DNA from: Candidatus Multivorans sp. | Lineage (GTDB): Bacteria > Acidobacteriota > Thermoanaerobaculia > Multivoradales > Multivoraceae | Assembly: GCA_965247095.1 (NCBI GenBank) | Contig: OZ251997.1 | Span: 3,008,001-3,072,000, forward strand | Reading direction: 5' to 3' | Length of the DNA: 64,000 nucleotides | In this document: one piece after another, positions 48,503-56,716 of the stretch | How positions within the stretch are numbered: position 1 is the stretch's first letter | Layout of the letters: each line of letters opens with the position of its first letter | The notes under the pieces: model-generated | What the model saw: the letters and a program-made list of their open reading frames with translations, nothing else | The model's database searches: none | What the model was told of the DNA's origin: nothing | Translations under genes and position numbers: made by a program

Positions 48503-49558
48503 CTACGCCCGCACGTAGCGAACCACCGGGTCTTGCTCGGACTCCAGTTCGCCCACGTTCTCGGCCACGAGTTCGCCGCGCTGGTAGAGGTACTCCACGT
48601 GCGCGCCGGCCTCTTCCAGGGCGAGGAGCACGGTGTAGCCGCGGACGGCGCCGAACAGGGTGCGGCTGATGTCGGCGGTGGTCTGCGACGCCCGGCAGGT
48701 GTCGACGATCTGTTCGAGCCGTTCGTGGTGGGAGTGGCGGATCTCTCCGACTCTCAAGGTCACGTCCTCGATCGGCTCTTCGTGGCCGCCCAGTCCGATC
48801 TGGATGCCGTCGAGCGTCTCGACCTTGCCCAGCGCCTCCAGGTAGTGGCCGAGGCCCATGTTCAGGGTCAGCGACTCGGGCGACTGGTGGGGCGTGATGC
48901 GCGCCAGGACATGATCGGCGGTCAGCAGGATGTCGTCGACTCGGAGGCACACCTGGCCGGGACAGTGGCCCGGGACGTGCAGGACCTCGATGTCGAGATC
49001 TCCGCCGTCCGCATCCGGGACGGGTTGGCCCTCGTCGAGCAGGAACTGGACCGGCACCGAGCCGTAGCGCGCCTTGGGCGCCGTGTACATCATCATCAAC
49101 TGGTCGCACTTGCCGGCCGATAGGCCGGCGCGGTTCAGGAATACCCGAAGCTGGTGCGAGGCGACCACGACCCGTTCCTCGTAGTGGGTCAGCACGCGGC
49201 GGTCGAGGACGTGGATGCCTACCGGCGCCTCGGTGTGGCGGCGGACGAACTGAAGGCCGCCGAAGTGGTCCATGTGGCCGTGGGTGATCAGGATGACGTC
49301 GATGTCGGCGAGGCCGATGCGAGTTCCGAAGCGGTCCTCGACCGAGGCCAGGCCGCGCACCAGGTTGTCGTTGGAGAAGTCCATGCCCGATCCGCAGTCG
49401 ACCAGGGTGCGGCGGGCGCCGTCGTCGATCACGTAGACGTTGCCGAAGAAGTTCGGGAAGACCTCCATGTTCAGGGCGTACACGACCCTCCCGGCGGCGC
49501 TCACGAAACGTCGCGGCGACTCGAGCTGCTTCTTGGCGCTTGAGGTACTTGCCCGCAT
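48503..49558 (-). CDS. MBL-fold metallo-hydrolase with C-terminal winged helix
   Basis: LVDCG, ITHGHMDHFGG, PGHCPG, ADH.L..ITP, GGHE, A..E..AHVEYL..RG. Confidence 0.88.
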   Translation of the reverse strand: MRASTSSAKKQLESPRRFVSAAGRVVYALNMEVFPNFFGNVYVIDDGARRTLVDCGSGMDFSNDNLVRGLASVEDRFGTRIGLADIDVILITHGHMDHFGGLQFVRRHTEAPVGIHVLDRRVLTHYEERVVVASHQLRVFLNRAGLSAGKCDQLMMMYTAPKARYGSVPVQFLLDEGQPVPDADGGDLDIEVLHVPGHCPGQVCLRVDDILLTADHVLARITPHQSPESLTLNMGLGHYLEALGKVETLDGIQIGLGGHEEPIEDVTLRVGEIRHSHHERLEQIVDTCRASQTTADISRTLFGAVRGYTVLLALEEAGAHVEYLYQRGELVAENVGELESEQDPVVRYVRA

Positions 49559-49604
49559 GGGCCTGCTCAGCTAGCTCTCAGCCGGACCGGCGCTTCGTGC
49601 TGGA

Positions 49605-50120
49605 TCAGTTGGTCAGCGCGGAGACGAGTGCGTCGACGGCCTGGTCGGCGATCTCGCCCATCTCGTCGTCCGTGCGGTCCTGGATCGGGTGCCGCACGTA
49701 GACGACCTCCGGCGAGGAGCCGAGCGACTTCGACTGCGACTCGGCCGCGTCCTGGAACTCGCACGAGGCGACGAACACGGACGGCAGCCCCATCTCTTCC
49801 AACTGGGTCGTGTCGTGCACACTGCACGACGTGCAGGACCCTCAGTCGGCCAGCGCTTCGATCACCGCGTCGCAACGCTGGGCGATCTCGGCGCGCAGGT
49901 CGGCCGGCGCCACCTTGGAGAAGGTGGGCTTGGTAAAGCGGAGCACCGACGCGCCGCGGCTCTCGATTCGTTCCTCGACGCGGCCGAGGAAGATGTCGCC
50001 GCGCGCCTTGGAGATGTCGAGCAGGGCGATCGTCTTGCCGTTGATGGAGTCGAGTCGCGGCGCCGCAGTGCGCGCTGCGGGGGCCGCCTCGTTCGTCGGG
50101 TCGATCAGAGTCTGGACCAT
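49605..50120 (-). CDS. UGSC-family selenoprotein (in-frame UGA read as Sec, 171 aa)
   Basis: ORF 49842-50120 ends at TGA but the same frame continues GSCTSCSVHD...E..G.P.V...F.......HPI; motif ALAD-U-GSCTSC; SECIS-like hairpin follows. Confidence 0.88.
49812..49830 (-). promoter_or_regulatory. Bacterial SECIS-like hairpin
   Basis: mRNA GUCGUGCA-GUG-UGCACGAC, a perfect 8-bp stem with a G-first loop, starting 11 nt 3' of the UGA. Confidence 0.7.
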
Positions 50121-50180
50121 GGGTTGTCTCCTCGGTGAGCCCCGAACGATACACGACCCACGCTGCTATCGTCGCCTGCC

Positions 50181-51638
50181 ATGGTCGCATCGTCTTCCGT
50201 CTCCGCCCCGGCGCTTCCGGGCTTCGATCAAGGCCTGGTGGCGGTGGTCAAGAAGGACTGTCCGACCTGCCAGTTGGTCGAACCCGTGCTGGACGAAGTC
50301 CGACGCCACCGGCCGGTCCTGGTCGTGACCCAGGACGATCCGGCCTTTCCGGCCTCGGGAGATCCCATCCACGACGCGGATCTCGTTCTCTCGCACCGGC
50401 TGGGGATCGAGATCGTGCCGACGCTGCTGTCGCGCGACGGCGGCGCCACGGTGGGCACGGCGATCGGCTGGAACCGGGAGCAGTGGCAGGACGTGAGCGG
50501 CCTGGACGGGCTGGGAACGGATCTGCCGCCGAGCCGTCCGGGCTGCGGCGCCCTGAACGTGGAACCGCGGCACGCCGAGCGGCTCGCGGCGCGGTTCGCG
50601 GGCGGCGGTTCGCGCCGGGTCGAGCTCGGCGACCAGGAAGACGATGTCGAGGCCTGCTTCGCGCGCGGCTGGACGGACGGTCTGCCGGTGGTGCCGCCGA
50701 CGCCCGAGCGGGTCGAGCGGATGCTTGCCGGCACGCGGCGCGGCCGCTCGGACATCCTCGGACTCGTGGCGCCCGACTACGGCGAATGCACGGTGGAGAA
50801 GGTCGCCGTCAACGCGGTGATGGCCGGCTGCCGTCCCGAGTACATGCCGGTGGTTCTGGCCGCGGTCGAGGCGGCGTTGACCGAAGAGTTCAACTGGCAC
50901 GGCCTGGCGGCCACGACGTATTTCGCCGGCCCCGTCGTCGTGGTGAACGGTCCGGTGACCTCCGCCATCGGCATGAACTCGAAGATGAACGTCCTGGGGC
51001 AGGGCAACCGGGCCAATTCGACCATCGGCCGCGCGCTTCAGCTCGTGCTGCGCAACGTCGGCGGCGCCCGGCCGGGCGAAGTGGATCGGGCCACGCTCGG
51101 CAATCCCGGCAAGCTCAGCTTCTGCTTCGCCGAGCGGGAGGACGACTCGCCCTGGGAGTCGCTGGCGGTGGAGCGGGGCATCCCTGAGGGCGCCTCCGCC
51201 GTGACCCTGTTCGCCGGCGAGGGACCCCGCGGCGTGGTCGATCAGTTGTCCCGCAGGCCGGAATCGTTGACCCGCTCGCTGGCGACGGCGCTTCTGAGCG
51301 TCGCCCACCACAAGCTGGTCGTCGGCTTCGACGCGATGCTGGTGGTGGGAGCGGAGCATGGCAATGTCTTCCGGCGGGCGGGCTGGGACAAGGCCAGGCT
51401 GCGCCGCGAACTCGACGGTCTCCTGGTGCGATCGGGCGCCGACCTGGTGCGCGGCGCCGGCGACTGCGACGAGGGGCTGCCCGAGAAGATGGCCGGCGCC
51501 CAGGTGCCGAAGTTTCGCAAGGGCGGGCTGCAACTGGTTCACGCCGGCGGCAACGCGGGACTGTTCTCCGCGGTGGTCGGCGGTTGGGTGAGCGGTCCGG
51601 TCGGCAGCCAGCCGGTCACGTGCACCGTGGGTGACTGA
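50181..51638 (+). CDS. Thioredoxin-like domain fused to a 'GWTDGLPVVPPT' conserved domain (UGSC-associated)
   Basis: VKKDCPTC, IEIVPTL, PGCG, then GWTDGLPVVPPT.ERV..ML, EKVA.NAVMAGC.PEY.PVV, RAN.TIGRA.QL. Confidence 0.82.
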   Translation: MVASSSVSAPALPGFDQGLVAVVKKDCPTCQLVEPVLDEVRRHRPVLVVTQDDPAFPASGDPIHDADLVLSHRLGIEIVPTLLSRDGGATVGTAIGWNREQWQDVSGLDGLGTDLPPSRPGCGALNVEPRHAERLAARFAGGGSRRVELGDQEDDVEACFARGWTDGLPVVPPTPERVERMLAGTRRGRSDILGLVAPDYGECTVEKVAVNAVMAGCRPEYMPVVLAAVEAALTEEFNWHGLAATTYFAGPVVVVNGPVTSAIGMNSKMNVLGQGNRANSTIGRALQLVLRNVGGARPGEVDRATLGNPGKLSFCFAEREDDSPWESLAVERGIPEGASAVTLFAGEGPRGVVDQLSRRPESLTRSLATALLSVAHHKLVVGFDAMLVVGAEHGNVFRRAGWDKARLRRELDGLLVRSGADLVRGAGDCDEGLPEKMAGAQVPKFRKGGLQLVHAGGNAGLFSAVVGGWVSGPVGSQPVTCTVGD

Positions 51639-52314
51639 GCCGCCTCCGGGCTCTGATGTCGTGTCCACGCTGCTGATGGTTCGGCATGGCGAGAGCACGG
51701 CCAATCTCGCGCTCCGCTACACTTGGCACGACGATGAGCCGCTGACCGAACTGGGGCGCCGGCAGGCCCGCGAAACCGGCCGCCGACTCGCCGCGCGGTA
51801 CAGGCCCGCGCACCTGTACTGCAGCCGCTTTCACCGCGCCCGCCAGACCGCGGACGGAATCGCCGCCGAGGTCGGTCTGCCCGTGGTGGAGATCGACGGC
51901 ATCGAGGAGCGCTACTTCGGCGAACTCCGCGGCAAGCCCTGGACGGTCTACCGGGAGGTCGTGGCCGCTCTCGAGATCGAGCAGCTCTGGCATCACCGGG
52001 CGCCCGGCGGCGAGTCGCTCGTCGATGTCGCGGCGCGGGTCGCGCCGGTCGTATCCGGGTTGGCCGATCGCCACCCCGGAGAACAGGTGATCGTGGTTTC
52101 GCACGGCGGCGTAATGGCCGCGCTGCGGGCCTGGATCGCCGGAACCCAGGCGGCGCGTCCCGCGCCGGCTGTGAACCAACGCGCGCGCCCCGGGGGCGCA
52201 TGCGTTGGAACCTGGAAGAACCGGCCGACGCCGACGAAGAACGCGGACGGCTTCCGGCTCGACCGCGACGGCGCCGGGTGGTGTCCCCCGAAACCCCTCT
52301 TCGACGCACCCTGA
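51631..52314 (+). CDS. Histidine phosphatase (phosphoglycerate mutase-like)
   Basis: VRHGES..N, LT..GR.QA, S...RA.QTA, E..FG, PGGES, VVSHGG; overlaps the upstream stop. Confidence 0.88.
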   Translation: MTEPPPGSDVVSTLLMVRHGESTANLALRYTWHDDEPLTELGRRQARETGRRLAARYRPAHLYCSRFHRARQTADGIAAEVGLPVVEIDGIEERYFGELRGKPWTVYREVVAALEIEQLWHHRAPGGESLVDVAARVAPVVSGLADRHPGEQVIVVSHGGVMAALRAWIAGTQAARPAPAVNQRARPGGACVGTWKNRPTPTKNADGFRLDRDGAGWCPPKPLFDAP

Positions 52315-52490
52315 GGATGCCCCTACGGAATGCTCGACCTTGACACGATTCCAAGGGCTGCGCTAGAACAGACGGTTCCACTGTACGATTCGAGACCTTA
52401 CTTCTGCCGAATCGCGTGAGGCGCCCCCAAAGAGGGGGGCCGCATCGATTCGGTGACATCGCCGGCTGATGGAGAATCTGGAGGATAAGC

Positions 52491-53843
52491 TTGCGTACAC
52501 GAACCCTTGTGCTGCTCGGAGCCCTGTGCCTGCTGCCGGTGGTCGGTTGCGGTCCCGAGGTCCCCACCGTCAACATCACCACGATCGTGCCGCTGACGGG
52601 CGCCGCGGCCGTCTACGGCAAGGAGATCGCGAACGGCGTCCAGTTGCGCCACGAGCGGCTGATGGCCGGCGATGAAGGTCTCGGCTACAACGTGGTCCTC
52701 GAAACCGTCGACTCCGAGGGTGACCCGGCACAGGCTGCGGCGCTGCTGGAAACGGCGTTCGCCTCTTCGCTGGCAGCGATCGGCGGGGTCACGAGTGACG
52801 AGGCCTTGGCCATGGTGCCGATCGCCGACGACGCGGGGCGGGTTCTGGTCTCGCCCTCCGCATCGAGCCCCGAGCTGACCGGTGCTTCGGAGTTCTTCTA
52901 CCGGCTGTTCCCTAGCGCCGAAATTGAGGCGTCGACGATGGCCACCTTCCTCCGCGACCGGCTGAACGTGCGGCGGCTCGCCGTGGTGGCGGAGGACTCG
53001 GCCTTCGGCAGGTCGCTGGCCGATTCGGTGGAAGCGGTGTGGGGGACCGAACTCGCGGGCAGGGTGACCTTCACCCCCTCTTCCGATCAGAACGTGATGG
53101 TGCAAGATGCCCTGAGCTACGAGGCGGACGGAATCTACGTCGCGGCCTCCGGTTTGGCGCTTGCCGAAGCGATCCAGGCCCTGCGCCTCGCGGGCTTCGA
53201 GGGCCGTGGCAAGAGGCTTGCCACGAGTTCCTCGTTGAGCGTCAAGGCGGTGCTCGACGCAGCCGGCCCGGCGGCAAACGGCGTTTACCTCACGGCGCCG
53301 GTGTTCGACCCTGAGAGTCCGGACGAGCCGATGGCCTCGTTCGTTGCTGAGTACCGCGAGAAGTACACGGATGCAGCCGTCTGGACCAGCTACCAGGCAG
53401 CGCTGGCCGAAAACGAGCGCGCGAAGACGGCATTGGATGGCATGGACCTCCGCAGCGAGGGCCTGGGGGCCGCGAGGAGCGAGGCCGAGGCGGCGACCGA
53501 GGCGTTGACTGCGGCGGAAGAAACAGTGAACACCCCGAGCTACTTCGCCGGTCTCGGCTACGACGCCATGTCGGTCCTCATCGAGGCCCTCTCCGAGGTC
53601 GAGGTGATTGCCGTCCCGAGCGACTTCCTCAAGGGTATGAGGGCGGTGCGCGAACTCCAGGGCGTGGCCGGCAACATCCAGTTCCGGGAGACTGGGGACG
53701 TGCAGAAGTTCACCCGCATCTACGAAATCGTCGACGGCAAACCGGTCGACTTTGAGAAGTACTGGGAGAAGATTCGCCAGGAGCGGGTGCGGGAGTTGGA
53801 ACGGCTTCAGCAGCAGATCGAACGGATGAACAGGAACCAGTAG
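52491..53843 (+). CDS. Orphan LIV-type (periplasmic binding protein type 1) lipoprotein with helical insertions
   Basis: Lipobox-like VVGC; PLTG.AA.YG, DS..DP..A, GG.TS, SPSAS.P.LT...F.R.FPS, GYDA. Confidence 0.8.
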   Translation: MRTRTLVLLGALCLLPVVGCGPEVPTVNITTIVPLTGAAAVYGKEIANGVQLRHERLMAGDEGLGYNVVLETVDSEGDPAQAAALLETAFASSLAAIGGVTSDEALAMVPIADDAGRVLVSPSASSPELTGASEFFYRLFPSAEIEASTMATFLRDRLNVRRLAVVAEDSAFGRSLADSVEAVWGTELAGRVTFTPSSDQNVMVQDALSYEADGIYVAASGLALAEAIQALRLAGFEGRGKRLATSSSLSVKAVLDAAGPAANGVYLTAPVFDPESPDEPMASFVAEYREKYTDAAVWTSYQAALAENERAKTALDGMDLRSEGLGAARSEAEAATEALTAAEETVNTPSYFAGLGYDAMSVLIEALSEVEVIAVPSDFLKGMRAVRELQGVAGNIQFRETGDVQKFTRIYEIVDGKPVDFEKYWEKIRQERVRELERLQQQIERMNRNQ

Positions 53844-53945
53844 GGGTCCTGAGGGGAACCAACTCCGATCGCTGCTAAACTGCGCCCCTCTCACCTACCG
53901 ACCGGTCGGCAGACAACTTTCTCGTAGACCAGGAGACCCGCTTTC

Positions 53946-55337
53946 ATGTCCGGAATCGTTCGTTACGGCAGCTACGTACCGTTCTTTCGCATCCAGCGGT
54001 CGGCCATGGGCGGCGGTCGCGGAGAGCGCGCTGCCGCGAGCTACGACGAAGACTCGGCCTCGATGGCGGTCGAGGCCTCGCGTGAGGCGCTGCGCGAGTT
54101 GCCCGACGGGGCCGCGGTGGACACCGTGGCGTTCGCCTCGACCAGCGCCCCGTACAGCGAAAAGCTGAACGCGGCGACGCTCCAGGCCGCAACGAACCTG
54201 CCCAAGTCGGTTGCGGCGCTCGATTTCGGCGGTTCGAGTCGCGCCGGGCTGTCGGCCCTGTTGGCGGGCCTGGACATGGCGGCGGCCGGTCGCACCGTCC
54301 TGGTGGCTGCCAGCGACGTGGTCGTCGGCGCCCCGAGCGGTCCGCGGGAGTCGGGCGGCGGCGACGCGGCGGCGGCCTTCGTCCTGGGCGGCGGCGAGCC
54401 GATCGCCCGCCTGATCGGCCGGGCTTCCTGCACCGAAGAGGTGCTCGACGTGTGGCAGAGCCCCGGCATGCCCTTCGCCAAGCAGTGGGAGGAGCGCTTC
54501 GGCGCCAGCATCTTCACGCCCCTGCTGGTCGACACGTTCGCCAGCGCTATCGCCTCTGCCGGAATGGCGGCCTCCGATCTCTCCAAGGTCGTGCTCGACG
54601 GCACGAACGCTCGCGTCTTCCGCGGTTTCATGCGCCCCTCCGGACTCGCTCCCACGCAGCTCGTCGACGGCATGGCGGGTACGGTGGGCCGCGCGGGCGC
54701 CGCCCACGCCGGTCTGGTGCTGGCGAGCGCGCTCGACGGTGCGTCGGCCGGCGACAAGATCGCCGTGGCCTGCGTTGCCGACGGAGTGGATGTGGCCGTG
54801 TTCGAGGTCACCGACGCGATCGACGACGGCCGGCCCAAGCACACCGTGGCGTCCTGGCTCGAGTCCAAGCGCGACGACCTCGCCTACACGGCGTACCTCA
54901 AGTGGCGCGACGTGCTGCCCTTCGAGCCGCCGCGGCGCCCCGATCCCGATCGGCCGGCGGCGCCGCCGATGCAGCGCGCCGAACGCTGGAAGTTCGGTTT
55001 CCTGGGCTCGCGCTGCAATCGCTGCGGCAACACGAACCTGCCGCCGCAGCGCGTGTGCGTCGTCTGCCAGGCGGTCGATGATTCCACGATCGAGTCCTAC
55101 GCCGACGGCGAATGCCGGATCAGCACCTACACGCTGGACCGGCTCGCCTACTCCCTGCAGCCGCCCGTCGTCGGTGCGGTGGTCGACTTCGACAAGGGCG
55201 GCAGGATGCTCTGCCAGCTCACCGACGTCGATCCGGACAAGGTGGCGATCGGTGACGAGTTGGAAATGACATTCCGCCGCCTGTACACTGCTGGGGGCGT
55301 ACACAACTACTTCTGGAAGGCGCGCCCGAGGCGCTGA
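53946..55337 (+). CDS. HMG-CoA-synthase/KAS III-like domain fused to a DUF35 (Zn ribbon + OB fold) domain
   Basis: YG.YVP..R, ER..A..DED..SMAVEA, GDAAAAF; C-terminal GSRC..CG....PP...C..C, YT.D.L, VDF..GGR...QLTD, FRRL....G..NYFWKARP. Confidence 0.85.
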   Translation: MSGIVRYGSYVPFFRIQRSAMGGGRGERAAASYDEDSASMAVEASREALRELPDGAAVDTVAFASTSAPYSEKLNAATLQAATNLPKSVAALDFGGSSRAGLSALLAGLDMAAAGRTVLVAASDVVVGAPSGPRESGGGDAAAAFVLGGGEPIARLIGRASCTEEVLDVWQSPGMPFAKQWEERFGASIFTPLLVDTFASAIASAGMAASDLSKVVLDGTNARVFRGFMRPSGLAPTQLVDGMAGTVGRAGAAHAGLVLASALDGASAGDKIAVACVADGVDVAVFEVTDAIDDGRPKHTVASWLESKRDDLAYTAYLKWRDVLPFEPPRRPDPDRPAAPPMQRAERWKFGFLGSRCNRCGNTNLPPQRVCVVCQAVDDSTIESYADGECRISTYTLDRLAYSLQPPVVGAVVDFDKGGRMLCQLTDVDPDKVAIGDELEMTFRRLYTAGGVHNYFWKARPRR

Positions 55338-55388
55338 AGATTCGATACGGAGAGACGGACCCGTTCGAGGAACGACCAAGGAGCACCA

Positions 55389-56564
55389 ATGGCCAGCAAG
55401 GGAATCTGTGATCGCGTAGCCATCGTCGGTATGGGCTGCACCAAGTTCGGCGAACACTGGGACCGCAGCACCAGCGATCTGCTGGTCGATGCCGTGCAGG
55501 ATGCCTACGGCTCCGGCGGGGTCGAGCCCGACAACGTCGACGCCTACTGGCTCGGCACCACCGGCAGCGGCATCTCCGGCCTGACCCTGTCCGAGCCGCT
55601 CAAGATCCAGTACAAGCCGGTGACCCGGCTTGAGAACATGTGCGCCACCGGCAGCGAGGCGATGCGCAACGCCGCCTACGCCGTTGCTTCGGGCGCCTAC
55701 GACCTGGTCATGGCGGTCGGCGTCGAGAAGCTGAAGGACTCCGGGTTCTCCGGTCTCACCGGCAGTGCCCCTCCGGGCGACGGCACCGAGTCCGGTATGA
55801 CCGCGCCGGCGAACTTCTCGCTCCTGGCGCCCGCGTACGCCGAGAAGTACGGCGTCGACCTGGAGACGATGCGCGACGTGCTCACCCGCATCGCCTACAA
55901 GAACCACTACAACGGCGCCCGCAACGAGAAGGCGCAGTACCAGCGGGAAGTGCCGGTCGAGAAGATCAACTCCTCGCCGAAGATCGCCGGCATGCTGGGC
56001 ATCATGGACTGCTCGGGTGTCTCCGACGGCGCCGCGGCGGCGGTGATCTGCCGCGCCGAGGATGCCCACAAGTACAACGACAACCCGATCTTCATCAAGG
56101 CGCTGTCGTTCGTGGCCGGTCCGGCCGAGGGCGCCAAGCGGCAGGACTACGACTTCACCACCTTCCCCGAGGTCGTCGAGAGCGCCCGGGACGCCTACGA
56201 GCAGGCCGGCATCCAGGATGCGCGCGAGCAGATCAGCATGGCGGAGGTCCACGACTGCTTCACGCCGACCGAGCTGGTGCTCATGGAGGACCTCGGGTTC
56301 TCGCCGCGCGGCCAGGCGTGGAAGGACACGATGGACGGCCGCTTCGATCTCGACGGCGACCAGCCGGTCAATCCGGACGGGGGCCTCAAGAGCTTCGGCC
56401 ATCCGATCGGCGCCTCCGGCCTGCGGATGATGTACGAAATGTGGCTGCAGCTCCGCGGCGAGGCCGGTGAGCGTCAGATCGCCGATCCCAAGCTCGGCCT
56501 GACCCACAACCTCGGCGGCGCCCCTGGCCGCTGCGTCAGCTTCGTCTCGGTGGTCGGCTTGTAA
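55389..56564 (+). CDS. Thiolase-like acyltransferase (SCP2/archaeal-type)
   Basis: VAIVGMG.TKFGE, ENMCATGSEA, SDGAAA, AEVHDCFT..EL...EDLG, NPDGGLKS.GHPIGASG, HNLGG. Confidence 0.9.
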   Translation: MASKGICDRVAIVGMGCTKFGEHWDRSTSDLLVDAVQDAYGSGGVEPDNVDAYWLGTTGSGISGLTLSEPLKIQYKPVTRLENMCATGSEAMRNAAYAVASGAYDLVMAVGVEKLKDSGFSGLTGSAPPGDGTESGMTAPANFSLLAPAYAEKYGVDLETMRDVLTRIAYKNHYNGARNEKAQYQREVPVEKINSSPKIAGMLGIMDCSGVSDGAAAAVICRAEDAHKYNDNPIFIKALSFVAGPAEGAKRQDYDFTTFPEVVESARDAYEQAGIQDAREQISMAEVHDCFTPTELVLMEDLGFSPRGQAWKDTMDGRFDLDGDQPVNPDGGLKSFGHPIGASGLRMMYEMWLQLRGEAGERQIADPKLGLTHNLGGAPGRCVSFVSVVGL

Positions 56565-56600
56565 GGCCCGTTGCAGAGACGACCCCGTGGGTTGAAACAC

Positions 56601-56640
56601 AACGACCCCGCCGGTTTTTCGGCGGGGTCGTTTGTGTCTT
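56601..56640 (+). terminator. Rho-independent terminator
   Basis: 13-bp stem AACGACCCCGCCG / CGGCGGGGTCGTT with a 6-nt loop, followed by a T-rich tail, after the thiolase. Confidence 0.8.
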
Positions 56641-56716
56641 GGTGACTCCTGCGCGGGCGCTGGTACCCTCAGTCATACAGCCGTTGTGTGCGGCTCAACG
56701 ATCTGGAGTAACGACC

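Noticed and set aside
53946-56564. Mevalonate pathway (HMG-CoA synthase + thiolase)
   Set aside because: The HMGS catalytic Cys is absent, no HMG-CoA reductase is nearby, and ispH indicates the MEP pathway.
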